A stretch of DNA of 59,371 bases from Chloroflexota bacterium (lineage in GTDB: Bacteria > Chloroflexota > Limnocylindria > Limnocylindrales > CSP1-4): the NCBI GenBank assembly GCA_034435355.1, contig DAOTXE010000002.1:1-59371 (forward strand). Reading direction: 5' to 3'. The notes under the pieces were generated by a model, which saw only the letters and a list, made by a program, of their open reading frames with translations, had not been told where the DNA came from and did no database searches. This document shows, piece after piece, positions 11,316 through 20,315 of the stretch; position 1 is the first letter of the stretch; every line of letters starts with the position of its first letter. A program made the translations under genes and the position numbers.

Positions 11316-12058
11316 TCACGCGCCGCTCGACCGCGGAGATCGCGGTCATGCGTCGGGCCGGGCGCCTCGTGGCCGAGGTCCTTGGCCTCGTCGAGGAAGC
11401 GCTGCGGCCGGGCGTGTCGACTGCCCACCTTGACCGGATCGCCGAGGACCACATCCGGAAGGCCGGCGGGACACCGTCGTTCAAGGGCTATTTCGGCTAC
11501 CCGTCGTCGATCTGCATCTCGATCGACCGCGAGGTGGTGCACGGGATCCCGGGCGACCGGATCGTCGGTGACGGCCAGGTCGTCTCGATCGACGCGGGAG
11601 CGATCATCGATGGCTACCACGGCGACGCGGCCCGGACCGTCATCGTGGGCGACGTCCCGCAGCCGGTCCGTGACCTCGTCGCGACCACGCGGCTCGGCCT
11701 CGAGGCGGGCATTGCCGCCGCCACCGCCGGCAACCGCATCTGGGACATCTCGGCGGCCGTCGAGGACGTCGCCCTGGCCCGCGGCTACGGTGTCGTCCGG
11801 CCGTACGTGGGCCACGGGATCGGCACGGAGATGCACGAGGATCCGCAGGTCCCGAACTACCGCACCAGGACGAGGGGGATCGAGCTGGCGCCGGGCATCT
11901 GCCTCGCGATCGAGCCGATGTTCACCCTGGGAAGTGCCGACGTCGAGACGCTCGCCGATGGCTGGACGGTTGTCACCCGCGACGGTTCCGTCGCGGCTCA
12001 CTTCGAGGACTCGATCGCCGTCACCGCGGACGGCCCCGAGATCCTCACCAGGCTGTAG
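11312..12058 (+). CDS. map: Methionine aminopeptidase type I
   Basis: GTG at 11312 overlaps the adk stop; VVHGIP, DAGA..DGYHGD, GHGIG..MHEDP, AIEPM, AHFED. Confidence 0.97.
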   Translation: MITRRSTAEIAVMRRAGRLVAEVLGLVEEALRPGVSTAHLDRIAEDHIRKAGGTPSFKGYFGYPSSICISIDREVVHGIPGDRIVGDGQVVSIDAGAIIDGYHGDAARTVIVGDVPQPVRDLVATTRLGLEAGIAAATAGNRIWDISAAVEDVALARGYGVVRPYVGHGIGTEMHEDPQVPNYRTRTRGIELAPGICLAIEPMFTLGSADVETLADGWTVVTRDGSVAAHFEDSIAVTADGPEILTRL

Positions 12059-12074
12059 CGGCCGGCGCCGGAGG

Positions 12075-12103
12075 TTGCTGGAATCGGCCAGAGTTGATAC
12101 GCT
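12075..12103 (+). promoter_or_regulatory. Putative sigma70-type promoter upstream of infA
   Basis: TTGCTG-17nt-TACGCT with extended -10 TG at 12095-96. Confidence 0.55.
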
Positions 12104-12164
12104 ACGCGTTCGTGTGTCGGCTCCGGCCGTCGCGCGGCTGCGAGCAGGAACGCCAGGGAGCACG

Positions 12165-12383
12165 TTGGGCAAGAAGGACGCGATCGAAGTCGAGGGAACT
12201 GTCCTCGAGCCGCTGCCGAACACGATGTTCGCCGTGGAGCTCGAGAACGGCCACCGCGTTCTTGCCCATATCAGCGGGAAGCTCCGGATGAATTTCATCC
12301 GGATCCTGCCGGGCGACCGGGTCCGCGTCGAACTGTCTCCATACGACCTCACCCGGGGTCGGATCACGTACCGGCTGAAGTAG
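12165..12383 (+). CDS. infA: Translation initiation factor IF-1
   Basis: TTG start after GGGAG; [36 protein letters not shown]. Confidence 0.97.
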   Translation: MGKKDAIEVEGTVLEPLPNTMFAVELENGHRVLAHISGKLRMNFIRILPGDRVRVELSPYDLTRGRITYRLK

Positions 12384-12409
12384 CCGGCACCCAGCGCGAA
12401 GGAAGTCCG

Positions 12410-12523
12410 TTGAAAGTCCGAGCCTCGGTGAAGGCCCGTTGCGACAACTGCAAGGTGATCCGCCGCCACGGGACCGTGATGGTCATCTGCGCCAACCCCA
12501 AGCACAAGCAGCGGCAGGGCTGA
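12410..12523 (+). CDS. rpmJ: 50S ribosomal protein L36, Zn-ribbon type (37 aa; absent from the ORF track)
   Basis: Hand translation from TTG: [37 protein letters not shown]. Confidence 0.97.
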   Translation: MKVRASVKARCDNCKVIRRHGTVMVICANPKHKQRQG

Positions 12524-12527
12524 TCGA

Positions 12528-12899
12528 ATGGCACGGATCTCCGGTATCGACATCCCGCGCGAGAAGCGCGTCGAAGTCGCCCTGACCTATATCTTCGGCA
12601 TCGGGCTGCCGACCAGCCAGAAGATCCTCCAGCAGACGAACATCAACCCCGACACCCGGGTCCGCGATCTCACCGAGGAACAGGTGACCCGGCTTCGCGA
12701 GCTGATCGACCGGCGCTTCAAGGTCGAAGGCGACCTCCGGCGCGAAGTGGCGCTGAACATCAAGCGCCTCATCGAGATCGGCTCCTACCGCGGGCTCCGT
12801 CATCGGCGGAACCTGCCGGTCCGGGGCCAGCGGACGAAGACCAACGCTCGCCAGCGTCGCGGACCGAAGAAGACGGTCGGCGCTCGGCGCAAGAAGTAA
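12528..12899 (+). CDS. rpsM: 30S ribosomal protein S13
   Basis: [40 protein letters not shown]. Confidence 0.99.
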   Translation: MARISGIDIPREKRVEVALTYIFGIGLPTSQKILQQTNINPDTRVRDLTEEQVTRLRELIDRRFKVEGDLRREVALNIKRLIEIGSYRGLRHRRNLPVRGQRTKTNARQRRGPKKTVGARRKK

Positions 12900-12918
12900 A
12901 GAGGGACGAGCCGAACGT

Positions 12919-13314
12919 ATGGCCGATCGGAAGCGCGCAACCAAGCAGCGCAGGCGGGAGCGCAAGAACGTGCCCGTCGGGCACGTGCACATCCAGGCGA
13001 CCTTCAACAACACCATCGTGACGATCACGGACCTCAGCGGGGCCGTGATCAGCTGGGGGTCGGCCGGGATCGTCGGGTTCAAGGGCTCCCGCAAGAGCAC
13101 GCCGTATGCCGCCGCGCTGTCCGCGGACGCCGCTGCCAAGAAGGCGATGGAGCACGGGATGCGCTCCGTCGAGGTCTACGTGAAGGGACCCGGCGCCGGC
13201 CGCGAGCAGGCAATCCGCTCGCTCCAGACCGCCGGGCTCGAGGTCACCGCCATCACCGACGTCACGCCCATCCCCCACAACGGCTGCCGCCCGCCGAAGC
13301 GGCGCCGCGTGTAG
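12919..13314 (+). CDS. rpsK: 30S ribosomal protein S11
   Basis: [46 protein letters not shown]. Confidence 0.99.
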   Translation: MADRKRATKQRRRERKNVPVGHVHIQATFNNTIVTITDLSGAVISWGSAGIVGFKGSRKSTPYAAALSADAAAKKAMEHGMRSVEVYVKGPGAGREQAIRSLQTAGLEVTAITDVTPIPHNGCRPPKRRRV

Positions 13315-13328
13315 CCGGGAGAGGCACC

Positions 13329-13955
13329 ATGGCTCGCTACACCGGTCCCGTCTGCCGCCTCTGCCGCCGCGAGGGCGCCAAGCTCTTCCTGAAGGGCTCG
13401 CGCTGCTACACCAAGAAGTGCGCCTTCGAACGGCGCCCGACACCACCCGGCCAGCATGGCGTCCGCCGCCGCAAGGTCGGCGACTACGGGCTTCAGCTGC
13501 GCGAGAAGCAGAAGGTCCGCCGCATCTATCGCGTCCTCGAGCGCCAGTTCCACAACTACTTCGAGGAAGCCGAATCCCGTCCGGGCGTGACGGGCGAGAA
13601 CCTGCTCCGGATCCTCGAGCTCCGGCTCGACAACGTCGTCTTCCGGCTCGGCATCGCGGCCTCGCGTGACCATGCGCGGCAGCTCGTCTCGCACGGCCAC
13701 TTTGCCGTCAACGGGCGCCCAACCAACGTTCCCTCGTACCACTGCAAGCCGGGTGACCGGATCGAGGTTCGTGCCTCGAGGCGCGAGCGCGAGCCGTTCA
13801 AGGCGGTCAGCGAGGCGCTGCGCTCGGGCCAGGTCCCGGAGTGGCTGACGCTGGACCCGGCAACCTTCACGGGCACGATCGTCACTGCCCCGCGCCGCGA
13901 CCAGATGCCGCTCGAGCTCAACGAGCAGCTCGTGGTCGAGTACTACTCGAGGTAG
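13329..13955 (+). CDS. rpsD: 30S ribosomal protein S4 (Cys-containing, Zn type)
   Basis: [47 protein letters not shown]. Confidence 0.99.
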   Translation: MARYTGPVCRLCRREGAKLFLKGSRCYTKKCAFERRPTPPGQHGVRRRKVGDYGLQLREKQKVRRIYRVLERQFHNYFEEAESRPGVTGENLLRILELRLDNVVFRLGIAASRDHARQLVSHGHFAVNGRPTNVPSYHCKPGDRIEVRASRREREPFKAVSEALRSGQVPEWLTLDPATFTGTIVTAPRRDQMPLELNEQLVVEYYSR

Positions 13956-13965
13956 CCCCGCCCCC

Positions 13966-14967
13966 ATGATCGAACTCGACGCCACGACCCAGATCGAGCC
14001 CGTCGCCGAACAGGGCTCGTACGCGAAATACGAGGCAAGCCCGCTCCCCGCGGGCTACGGGGTGACCCTCGGGAACGCGCTCCGGCGCGTCCTGCTTTCC
14101 TCCCTCGAGGGGGCGGCGGTCACCTCGATCCAGATCCGCGACGTCTTCCACGAGTTCACCACGATCCCGGGCGTCAAGGAGGACGTGACCCAGATCGTCC
14201 TCAACGTCAAGCGGCTGCGCCTGCGCAGCTTCGCCGCCCACCCGATCCAGCTCAAGCTGGTGAAGTCGGGGGCGGGCCGGGTGACCGCCGCTGACATCGT
14301 GGAGTCTGCGGACGTCGAGGTCATCAACCCGGATCTCGTCCTCATGACGCTCGACAGTGACGACGTGACCATCGAGATCGACCTCACCGTCGAGCGCGGG
14401 GTCGGCTATCTCGCGGCGGAACGGCCGGAAGGCCTGCCGATCGGCGTCATCCCCGTCGACGCGATCTTCACGCCCGTCCGCAAGGTGAACTTCACGGTCG
14501 AGAACACCCGCGTGGGCCAGATGACCAACTACGACAAGCTGACCCTGGAGATCGAGACCGACGGCACGATCAGCCCGGAGGACGCGCTGGCCAAGTCGGC
14601 CGACATCCTCGTCCGCCAGTTCTCCCTGTTCGCCAATGTCGGCACTGCGGCGGTCGCGGCGAGCCCCGCCGGGGGCGTCCCGCAGATCCCGGCGAACATG
14701 CTCGAGATGCCGATTGAGGAGCTCGACCTCCCGATGCGGGCCTACAACTCGCTCAAGCGCAACAACATCGTGAAGGTGAGCCAGCTGCTTCAGCTCACGG
14801 ATGATGATCTTCTGCGGATGCGCAACTTCGGGAAGAAGTCGCTCGACGAGATGAAGGAGCGGCTTCGGATGCGTGGCTTCCTGGTCCCCGAGACCGATTC
14901 CAGCGACCTCGACGGGATCGACGAGAGCGGCGACGAGCCGTTCGGCGACGAGTCCGAGGAGGTCTGA
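13966..14967 (+). CDS. rpoA: RNA polymerase alpha subunit
   Basis: GYGVTLGNALRRVLLSS, HEFTTIPGVKED, IPVDAIFTPV, NFGKKSL. Confidence 0.99.
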   Translation: MIELDATTQIEPVAEQGSYAKYEASPLPAGYGVTLGNALRRVLLSSLEGAAVTSIQIRDVFHEFTTIPGVKEDVTQIVLNVKRLRLRSFAAHPIQLKLVKSGAGRVTAADIVESADVEVINPDLVLMTLDSDDVTIEIDLTVERGVGYLAAERPEGLPIGVIPVDAIFTPVRKVNFTVENTRVGQMTNYDKLTLEIETDGTISPEDALAKSADILVRQFSLFANVGTAAVAASPAGGVPQIPANMLEMPIEELDLPMRAYNSLKRNNIVKVSQLLQLTDDDLLRMRNFGKKSLDEMKERLRMRGFLVPETDSSDLDGIDESGDEPFGDESEEV

Positions 14968-14970
14968 GCG

Positions 14971-15324
14971 ATGCGCCACCAGGTCAGCGGTCGGAAGCTC
15001 GGCCGCCTGCAGGGCCCCCGGCTCTCGCTCTACGGGAACCTGATCGTGTCGGTGCTCCGCTACGAGAAGGTGATGACGACCGAGGCGAAGGCCAAGGAGA
15101 TCCGCCCCCAGGTGGAGCGGATGATCACGCTCGCCAAGCGGGGCGACCTCAGCGCCCGGCGCACGGTCGTGGCCGAGCTCCCCGACGAGCCCCTCGTCAT
15201 CAAGAAGCTGTTCGATGAGATCGCCCCGAAATACGCCGAGCGGACCTCCGGGTACACCCGGATCACGCATCTCGGGAACCGGAACGGTGACAGGGCCCCG
15301 ATCGTCCAGCTCGAGCTGCTCTGA
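14971..15324 (+). CDS. rplQ: 50S ribosomal protein L17
   Basis: MRHQ..GRKLGR, TTEAKAKE, LITLAK-like, GYTRI, RNGDRAP. Confidence 0.98.
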   Translation: MRHQVSGRKLGRLQGPRLSLYGNLIVSVLRYEKVMTTEAKAKEIRPQVERMITLAKRGDLSARRTVVAELPDEPLVIKKLFDEIAPKYAERTSGYTRITHLGNRNGDRAPIVQLELL

Positions 15325-15334
15325 TCAACCTCCA

Positions 15335-15352
15335 GGCGCCCGAGAGGGCGCC
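15335..15352 (+). promoter_or_regulatory. GNRA-capped hairpin between rplQ and truA overlapping the truA ribosome-binding site
   Basis: GGCGCCC-GAGA-GGGCGCC perfect 7-bp stem ending 3 nt before the truA GTG. Confidence 0.55.
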
Positions 15353-15355
15353 CTC

Positions 15356-16111
15356 GTGCGGTTGCGCGCACGGGTCGAATACGACGGCACGGACTTCGCC
15401 GGGTTCCAGCTCCAGCTGGCGGCACGGACGGTCCAGGGAGAACTCGAAGCCGCGCTCGGCACCCTCTCCGGCGGTCGCCGGGTCCGGGTCGACGCGGCGG
15501 GACGCACCGACGCCGGGGTGCACGCAACGGGCCAGGTGATCGCGTTCAACTGGACCGGGCGGCTCACGGTTGCGGAGCTCGGCAGGGCGCTGGACGCGCT
15601 GCTGCCGGTGGATGTCGCAGTTCGCGACCTCCGCCGGGCCCCGATCGGGTTTCGCCCACGCTACGCGGCGCGGTACCGGGACTACCGCTACACCGTCTGG
15701 AACGGGCCGCGAAGCCCGCTTCGCGAGCGATCGGCGTTCGGGGTGCGGGTCCCGCTCGACACCGCCGCGATGGCGCGGGCCGGGTCGGTCCTCGTGGGCC
15801 GGCACGACTTCACGGCATTCGGGGCGGCAAACCGCCAGCCGGTTCGGACCCTTCACGGGGTCCGGGTGCGGCGGGAAGGTAGCCTCGTGACGGTCGACGT
15901 GCGCGGGGACGCCTTCCTGCGGCAGATGGTGCGACGGATCGTCGCGGCGCTCCTGCTGGTGGGCCGGGGCGAGGTCGGGGAGACGGCGGTGGCCGAGGCG
16001 CTCGCGTCGCGGCGGCCGGCCTTCAACGGGGCAGTCGCCCCGGCGAAGGGGCTGTGCCTGCGGCGGGTCGTCATGGGGCGGAGCGCCAGGGAGATGAACG
16101 GAGACACATGA
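15356..16111 (+). CDS. truA: tRNA pseudouridine(38-40) synthase TruA
   Basis: VEYDGTDFAGFQ, AAGRTDAGVHATGQV, GRHDF, FLRQMVR, APAKGL. Confidence 0.96.
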   Translation: MRLRARVEYDGTDFAGFQLQLAARTVQGELEAALGTLSGGRRVRVDAAGRTDAGVHATGQVIAFNWTGRLTVAELGRALDALLPVDVAVRDLRRAPIGFRPRYAARYRDYRYTVWNGPRSPLRERSAFGVRVPLDTAAMARAGSVLVGRHDFTAFGAANRQPVRTLHGVRVRREGSLVTVDVRGDAFLRQMVRRIVAALLLVGRGEVGETAVAEALASRRPAFNGAVAPAKGLCLRRVVMGRSAREMNGDT

Positions 16112-16539
16112 CCGCGAAGACGTACACGCTCCGGGAGGCGGAGATCGAGCGACGCTGGTACGTCGTCGACGCGACGGACGAGACGCTCGGCCGCCTCGCG
16201 ACGCGGATCGCCCGCGTCCTCGTGGGCAAGCACAAGCCGACCTACACGCCCAACCTGGACGGCGGTGATCACGTGATCGTGCTCAACGCTGCCAGGGTGG
16301 CCGTCAGCCGCGACAAGCTCGACTCGAAGATCTACCCTCGCCACAGCGGCTACCCGCAGGGGTACAAGGAGGAGACGCTCGGGCACCTGATGGAGCGCCG
16401 GCCCGAGGAGGCCGTCCGCAGGGCGGTCAAGGGGATGGTTCCCCACACGCGCCTGGGCGCCCAGCAGCTGCGCAAGCTCAAGATCTATGCCGGCCCGGAC
16501 CACCCGCACCAGGCCCAGCGGCCGGAACCGCTGGCCTGA
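16108..16539 (+). CDS. rplM: 50S ribosomal protein L13
   Basis: [35 protein letters not shown]. Confidence 0.98.
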   Translation: MTAKTYTLREAEIERRWYVVDATDETLGRLATRIARVLVGKHKPTYTPNLDGGDHVIVLNAARVAVSRDKLDSKIYPRHSGYPQGYKEETLGHLMERRPEEAVRRAVKGMVPHTRLGAQQLRKLKIYAGPDHPHQAQRPEPLA

Positions 16540-16555
16540 CGAGGAGCACGCCCAC

Positions 16556-16954
16556 ATGACCACCCCTCTCTTCTTTCACGGGACCGGGCGCCGCAAGACG
16601 GCGATCGCCCGAGTTCGCCTCATTCCCGGCGAGGGTGAGATCATCGTGAACGGCCGCTCCCTGGACCAGCACTTCGGGAACGCAATCCCCGAAGGAGAGC
16701 TGCGCATGCCGTTCCGAGTGACGGGCACCGAGGGTCGTTTCAACGCGCTGATCAAGGTCGAGGGCGGCGGGGTCACCGGCCAGGCCGGTGCCATCCGCCA
16801 CGGGATCGCCCGCGCCCTGCTGATGGTCGATCCCGAAGGCAATCGCATCCCGCTCCGCCAGGCCGGCTTCCTGACCCGCGACCCGCGCATGAAGGAGCGC
16901 AAGAAGTACGGGCTGAAGCGAGCCCGCAAGGCGCCGCAGTACACGAAGCGCTGA
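16556..16954 (+). CDS. rpsI: 30S ribosomal protein S9
   Basis: [53 protein letters not shown]. Confidence 0.99.
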   Translation: MTTPLFFHGTGRRKTAIARVRLIPGEGEIIVNGRSLDQHFGNAIPEGELRMPFRVTGTEGRFNALIKVEGGGVTGQAGAIRHGIARALLMVDPEGNRIPLRQAGFLTRDPRMKERKKYGLKRARKAPQYTKR

Positions 16955-16959
16955 GCCGC

Positions 16960-16981
16960 CGGGTGCCCGTTCGGGCACCCG
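16960..16981 (+). terminator. Hairpin after rpsI, probable terminator of the r-protein superoperon
   Basis: cgggtgcccg-tt-cgggcacccg perfect inverted repeat 5 nt after the stop; no U-tract. Confidence 0.55.
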
Positions 16982-17009
16982 CAACCGCCTCGAGGGGCTC
17001 GGTGGGAGC

Positions 17010-17954
17010 ATGACCGACCCACTCTTCGATCGCTACCGCGAGGCCCTCCGGACCGGCCACGTGGCCGGCCTCCGCGGCCGGCTCGAGGATGCCGCCGCCT
17101 CGTACCAAGAAGCCGCCCGGCTCGCCCCGGACCGCGCGGTCCCCCGCGCCGCGCTTGGGGCAATCGAGCTCCGACTGGGCCAGCCCGAGCTGGCCCTCGC
17201 GAGCTTCGATGCGGCGCTTACGCTCTCTCCGGTGGACGACGCCGCGCTCCTCGGCCGTGCCCAGGCGCTCGTCGTTCTCGAGCGACCGGACGACGCCGCC
17301 GGGACCTTCGACTCGCTCGCCGACGCTCGCCGCGCGGCCGGCAAGCACGCGGATGCCGGCGACGCGTTCCGGCGCGCCATGGAGATCCAGCCGACAACGG
17401 CCCGCCACGCGCGCTACCAGGAGCTGGTCGACGAGCTCCGCCAGCAGGTCGGCGATGCCGAGGCGGAGCGGGCGCTCGCCCGCGCACTCCGCTTCCTCGA
17501 GACGGCGCCCGGGTCGGACGAGCCACCGGTCGAGCCTGCGCCCCCCAATGCGTTCGAGGTGGTCGAGGCACCCCCGGCGTCGCCCGCTCCGGAGGTGGAG
17601 CGTGACGGCGACGTGCTCCTCGGCGCAGCCGACGAGGCCGAGGCACGCGGAGACGGACCCAGCGTGGTGGCGGCCGCGATCGGCGCCGCCCGCGCATTCC
17701 GGGCCGCGGGCCACGCCGCGGCGGCGCTCGATGCATGCGATCGCGGCCTGGCGTCGCGGCCGGACGACGTGGGCCTCCACCTGCTGATCGCCGAGCTGCG
17801 CCTGGAGCGGGGAGCGCTCGGGCCGGCGGCAGACACGTATCGCAAGCTTCTCCGACTGGCGGACATCGACGGCGACGCGGCAACCCGCGAGCGCGTCTTC
17901 GCCGCTGCCCGCCGGGCGTTCCCGGACGATCCAGGCTTCGCCCCTGCCGCCTGA
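17010..17954 (+). CDS. Tetratricopeptide-repeat protein of unknown function
   Basis: GGGAG RBS; repeated A/L helical patterns (AAASYQEAARLAPD, ALASFDAALTLSPVD, AGDAFRRAMEIQP); Pro-rich linker; second TPR block. Confidence 0.8.
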   Translation: MTDPLFDRYREALRTGHVAGLRGRLEDAAASYQEAARLAPDRAVPRAALGAIELRLGQPELALASFDAALTLSPVDDAALLGRAQALVVLERPDDAAGTFDSLADARRAAGKHADAGDAFRRAMEIQPTTARHARYQELVDELRQQVGDAEAERALARALRFLETAPGSDEPPVEPAPPNAFEVVEAPPASPAPEVERDGDVLLGAADEAEARGDGPSVVAAAIGAARAFRAAGHAAAALDACDRGLASRPDDVGLHLLIAELRLERGALGPAADTYRKLLRLADIDGDAATRERVFAAARRAFPDDPGFAPAA

Positions 17955-18061
17955 GGCCCGGGACGACCTGCGGCAGTTCGCCGGGAGCCGGGATCTGGAC
18001 GGATGGCAGCCCGCCCGGACGTTCGAGCCCGGACCGGGAGGTCGGAGCACGGGTTCCCCGG

Positions 18062-18070
18062 TGCTACACT
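18062..18070 (+). promoter_or_regulatory. Extended -10 promoter element for cdaA
   Basis: TG-C-TACACT, 9 nt before the ATG at 18080. Confidence 0.5.
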
Positions 18071-18079
18071 CAGCGGAAG

Positions 18080-19054
18080 ATGTCGCAGCTCCTCGGGTCG
18101 CTGGTCGGACAGGTTCGACCGATCACGCTCGCCGACATCGGGATCACCGCGCTCGTCATCTACTGGCTTTTCAGCCTGATCCGGGGGACCCGCGCGGTCC
18201 GTCTCGTGATCGGCGTCAGCGTGATCCTGGTGATCTACGCCGTCGCCCAGGCCGTGGGGCTGCGCCTCTTCACGCAGCTCCTGCAGGCGGGCACCGTCGT
18301 CGGCCTGTTCGCGCTCGTGGTCGTCTTCCAGCCCGAGCTCCGCCGCGCCCTCGAACGGATCGGGCGGGTCGGCTCGTTCGCCTGGCTCCTCTCGCCCGCC
18401 GACCAGCGGCAGGCCGAGCTCGTTGCTGCCGCCATCGCACGCGCCTCGACCCACCTCGCGGCGGCACGTTTCGGTGCCCTGATCGTCGTGGAACGGGAGA
18501 CCGGGCTCGAGGAGATCGCCGAGACCGGCGTGATGGTCCACGGCGACCTGTCCGCCGACCTCCTCGAGGCGATCTTCACGCCCCGCGGGGCGCTCCACGA
18601 TGGCGCGGTGATCATCCGTGGCGGGACGATCGTCGCGGCGGGTGCCGTGCTCCCGCTCGCAGAGACGACGCTCCAGGTGGAGCGCTTCGGGACGCGCCAT
18701 CGGGCGGCCCTCGGGATCACCGAGCAGACCGATGCCCTGGTGGTCGTCGTCTCCGAGGAGACCGGGCAGGCGAGCCTCGTCGAGCGGGCACGCATCCGGC
18801 GAAACCTCGACGAGCCCGAGCTCGTCCGCGCGATCGTCGCGTCGATGGTGCCGGAGCGGGCCGGGGGCGGCGCGTTCCGCGGGCGGCTGTCGTCGCGTCC
18901 GGGCAGCGGCGCGGTCGCGCCGGGGCCCGGTGCCCTTCGGCGTGCCGCGCTCGCCGCGCGCGGGCGCGCGGTCCGCCGCGGCGATGCGCCGATCCCGAAG
19001 GCCGGCGACGCCCGCGACGAGACCGACCAGGCTGCCGCGGGGGTGGGTCGCTGA
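18080..19054 (+). CDS. cdaA: Diadenylate cyclase CdaA (DisA_N/DAC domain, N-terminal TM helices)
   Basis: VVFQPELRRALERIG, LHDGAVII (DGA), GTRHRAALGITE (RHR), VVSEETG. Confidence 0.95.
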   Translation: MSQLLGSLVGQVRPITLADIGITALVIYWLFSLIRGTRAVRLVIGVSVILVIYAVAQAVGLRLFTQLLQAGTVVGLFALVVVFQPELRRALERIGRVGSFAWLLSPADQRQAELVAAAIARASTHLAAARFGALIVVERETGLEEIAETGVMVHGDLSADLLEAIFTPRGALHDGAVIIRGGTIVAAGAVLPLAETTLQVERFGTRHRAALGITEQTDALVVVVSEETGQASLVERARIRRNLDEPELVRAIVASMVPERAGGGAFRGRLSSRPGSGAVAPGPGALRRAALAARGRAVRRGDAPIPKAGDARDETDQAAAGVGR

Positions 19055-19059
19055 TCGCC

Positions 19060-20313
19060 GTGCGCCGGTTCATTGGCTTCGTCTTCCGCAACTGGCCGCT
19101 CAAGCTCGCGGCCGTCCTCCTCGCGACGCTGCTCTATGCGGGTCTGATCGTCTCGGCCAGCGCCGAGACGTTCCCCGGCCGGATCCCGATCCAGGTGCTG
19201 AACCAGCCCGGCAATGCGTTCATCATCGGCAATCTCGACGACGTCACCTCGATTCGCTATCTCGCTGTCGGGACCAACCGGCCTGCAGTGACGACGGCCA
19301 GCTTCACCGCCACGATCGACCTCTCCGGCGTGCCGGTGGCAGCTGGGTCGCCGCCGGTGAGCGTGCCGGTCATCGTCCGCGCGACGGACCCGGGCAACAT
19401 CCAGGTCATCGACTACAGCCCGTCGCGGATCCAGGTCCGGCTCGATCCGCTCGTCAGCAAGTCGGTGCCGGTGCAGGTGGACCACGGGACGGTCCCGGCC
19501 GGCCTGGACGTGCGCGAGCCGGTCGTTTCGCAGGACAGCGTGACGGTCTCGGGTCCCGAGTCGTCCGTGGTGCTGGTGGCCGTCGCCCAGGCGCGCGTGC
19601 TGATCCAGCCGTCCGGGATCGACATCAACCAGGCGGTGGACCTCGTGGCGGTCGATGCGCGCGGCGACGTGGTCCCCACGGTCGAGCTGCAGCCGAGCTC
19701 CGTCCGGGTGACGATCCAGATCGGCAGCCAGCTCTCGACGCGGGCCCTGCCCGTGAACCCCGTCCTGGCCGGCACCCCGGATCCGTCGGTGGCGATCACC
19801 GGGGTCGAGGCCGCACCGCTGCTCGTGACGGTCGAGGGCGAGTCGGCGCTGCTCTCGACACTCGTGAACGTCGACACGAAGCCCGTCTCGATCGCCGGCG
19901 CGACCTCGGACGTCGTCGCGGACGTCCAGCTCGACCTGCCCCCGGGAGTGACCGCCCTGGACGTCACCACCGTTCGGGTCACGGCGTCGGTGAGCCCGCA
20001 GCTCGGCACGCGGTCGTTCCAGGTTGGGGTCGTCCTCCGCAACGCGGACCCGGCGATGACCTACGACGTCGGCTCGGGGCAGATCCTCGTGACCGTCGGC
20101 GGCCCGCTCGGTGCGCTCGACGCGCTCGATGGGTCCACCCTCCTGGCGAGCGTCGACGTGAGCGGGCTCGGTCCCGGCACACACGCGGTGTTCCCGGAGG
20201 TCAGCGTTCCCGGCAGCCTGTCGGTGAGCGCGCTCTCGCCCCCGGAGCTCACCCTGGTCGTGACGCAACCCGGCGCGACCCCGGGGCCATCCGCTCCTCC
20301 TGTGGTGCCCTGA
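19060..20313 (+). CDS. cdaR: CdaR/YbbR-like regulator of CdaA
   Basis: N-terminal RNWPLKLAAVLLATLL TM signature, then repeated beta-rich YbbR-like units (VTVSGPES, VTVEGES, VTVGGP); follows cdaA. Confidence 0.85.
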   Translation: MRRFIGFVFRNWPLKLAAVLLATLLYAGLIVSASAETFPGRIPIQVLNQPGNAFIIGNLDDVTSIRYLAVGTNRPAVTTASFTATIDLSGVPVAAGSPPVSVPVIVRATDPGNIQVIDYSPSRIQVRLDPLVSKSVPVQVDHGTVPAGLDVREPVVSQDSVTVSGPESSVVLVAVAQARVLIQPSGIDINQAVDLVAVDARGDVVPTVELQPSSVRVTIQIGSQLSTRALPVNPVLAGTPDPSVAITGVEAAPLLVTVEGESALLSTLVNVDTKPVSIAGATSDVVADVQLDLPPGVTALDVTTVRVTASVSPQLGTRSFQVGVVLRNADPAMTYDVGSGQILVTVGGPLGALDALDGSTLLASVDVSGLGPGTHAVFPEVSVPGSLSVSALSPPELTLVVTQPGATPGPSAPPVVP

Positions 20314-20315
20314 CG

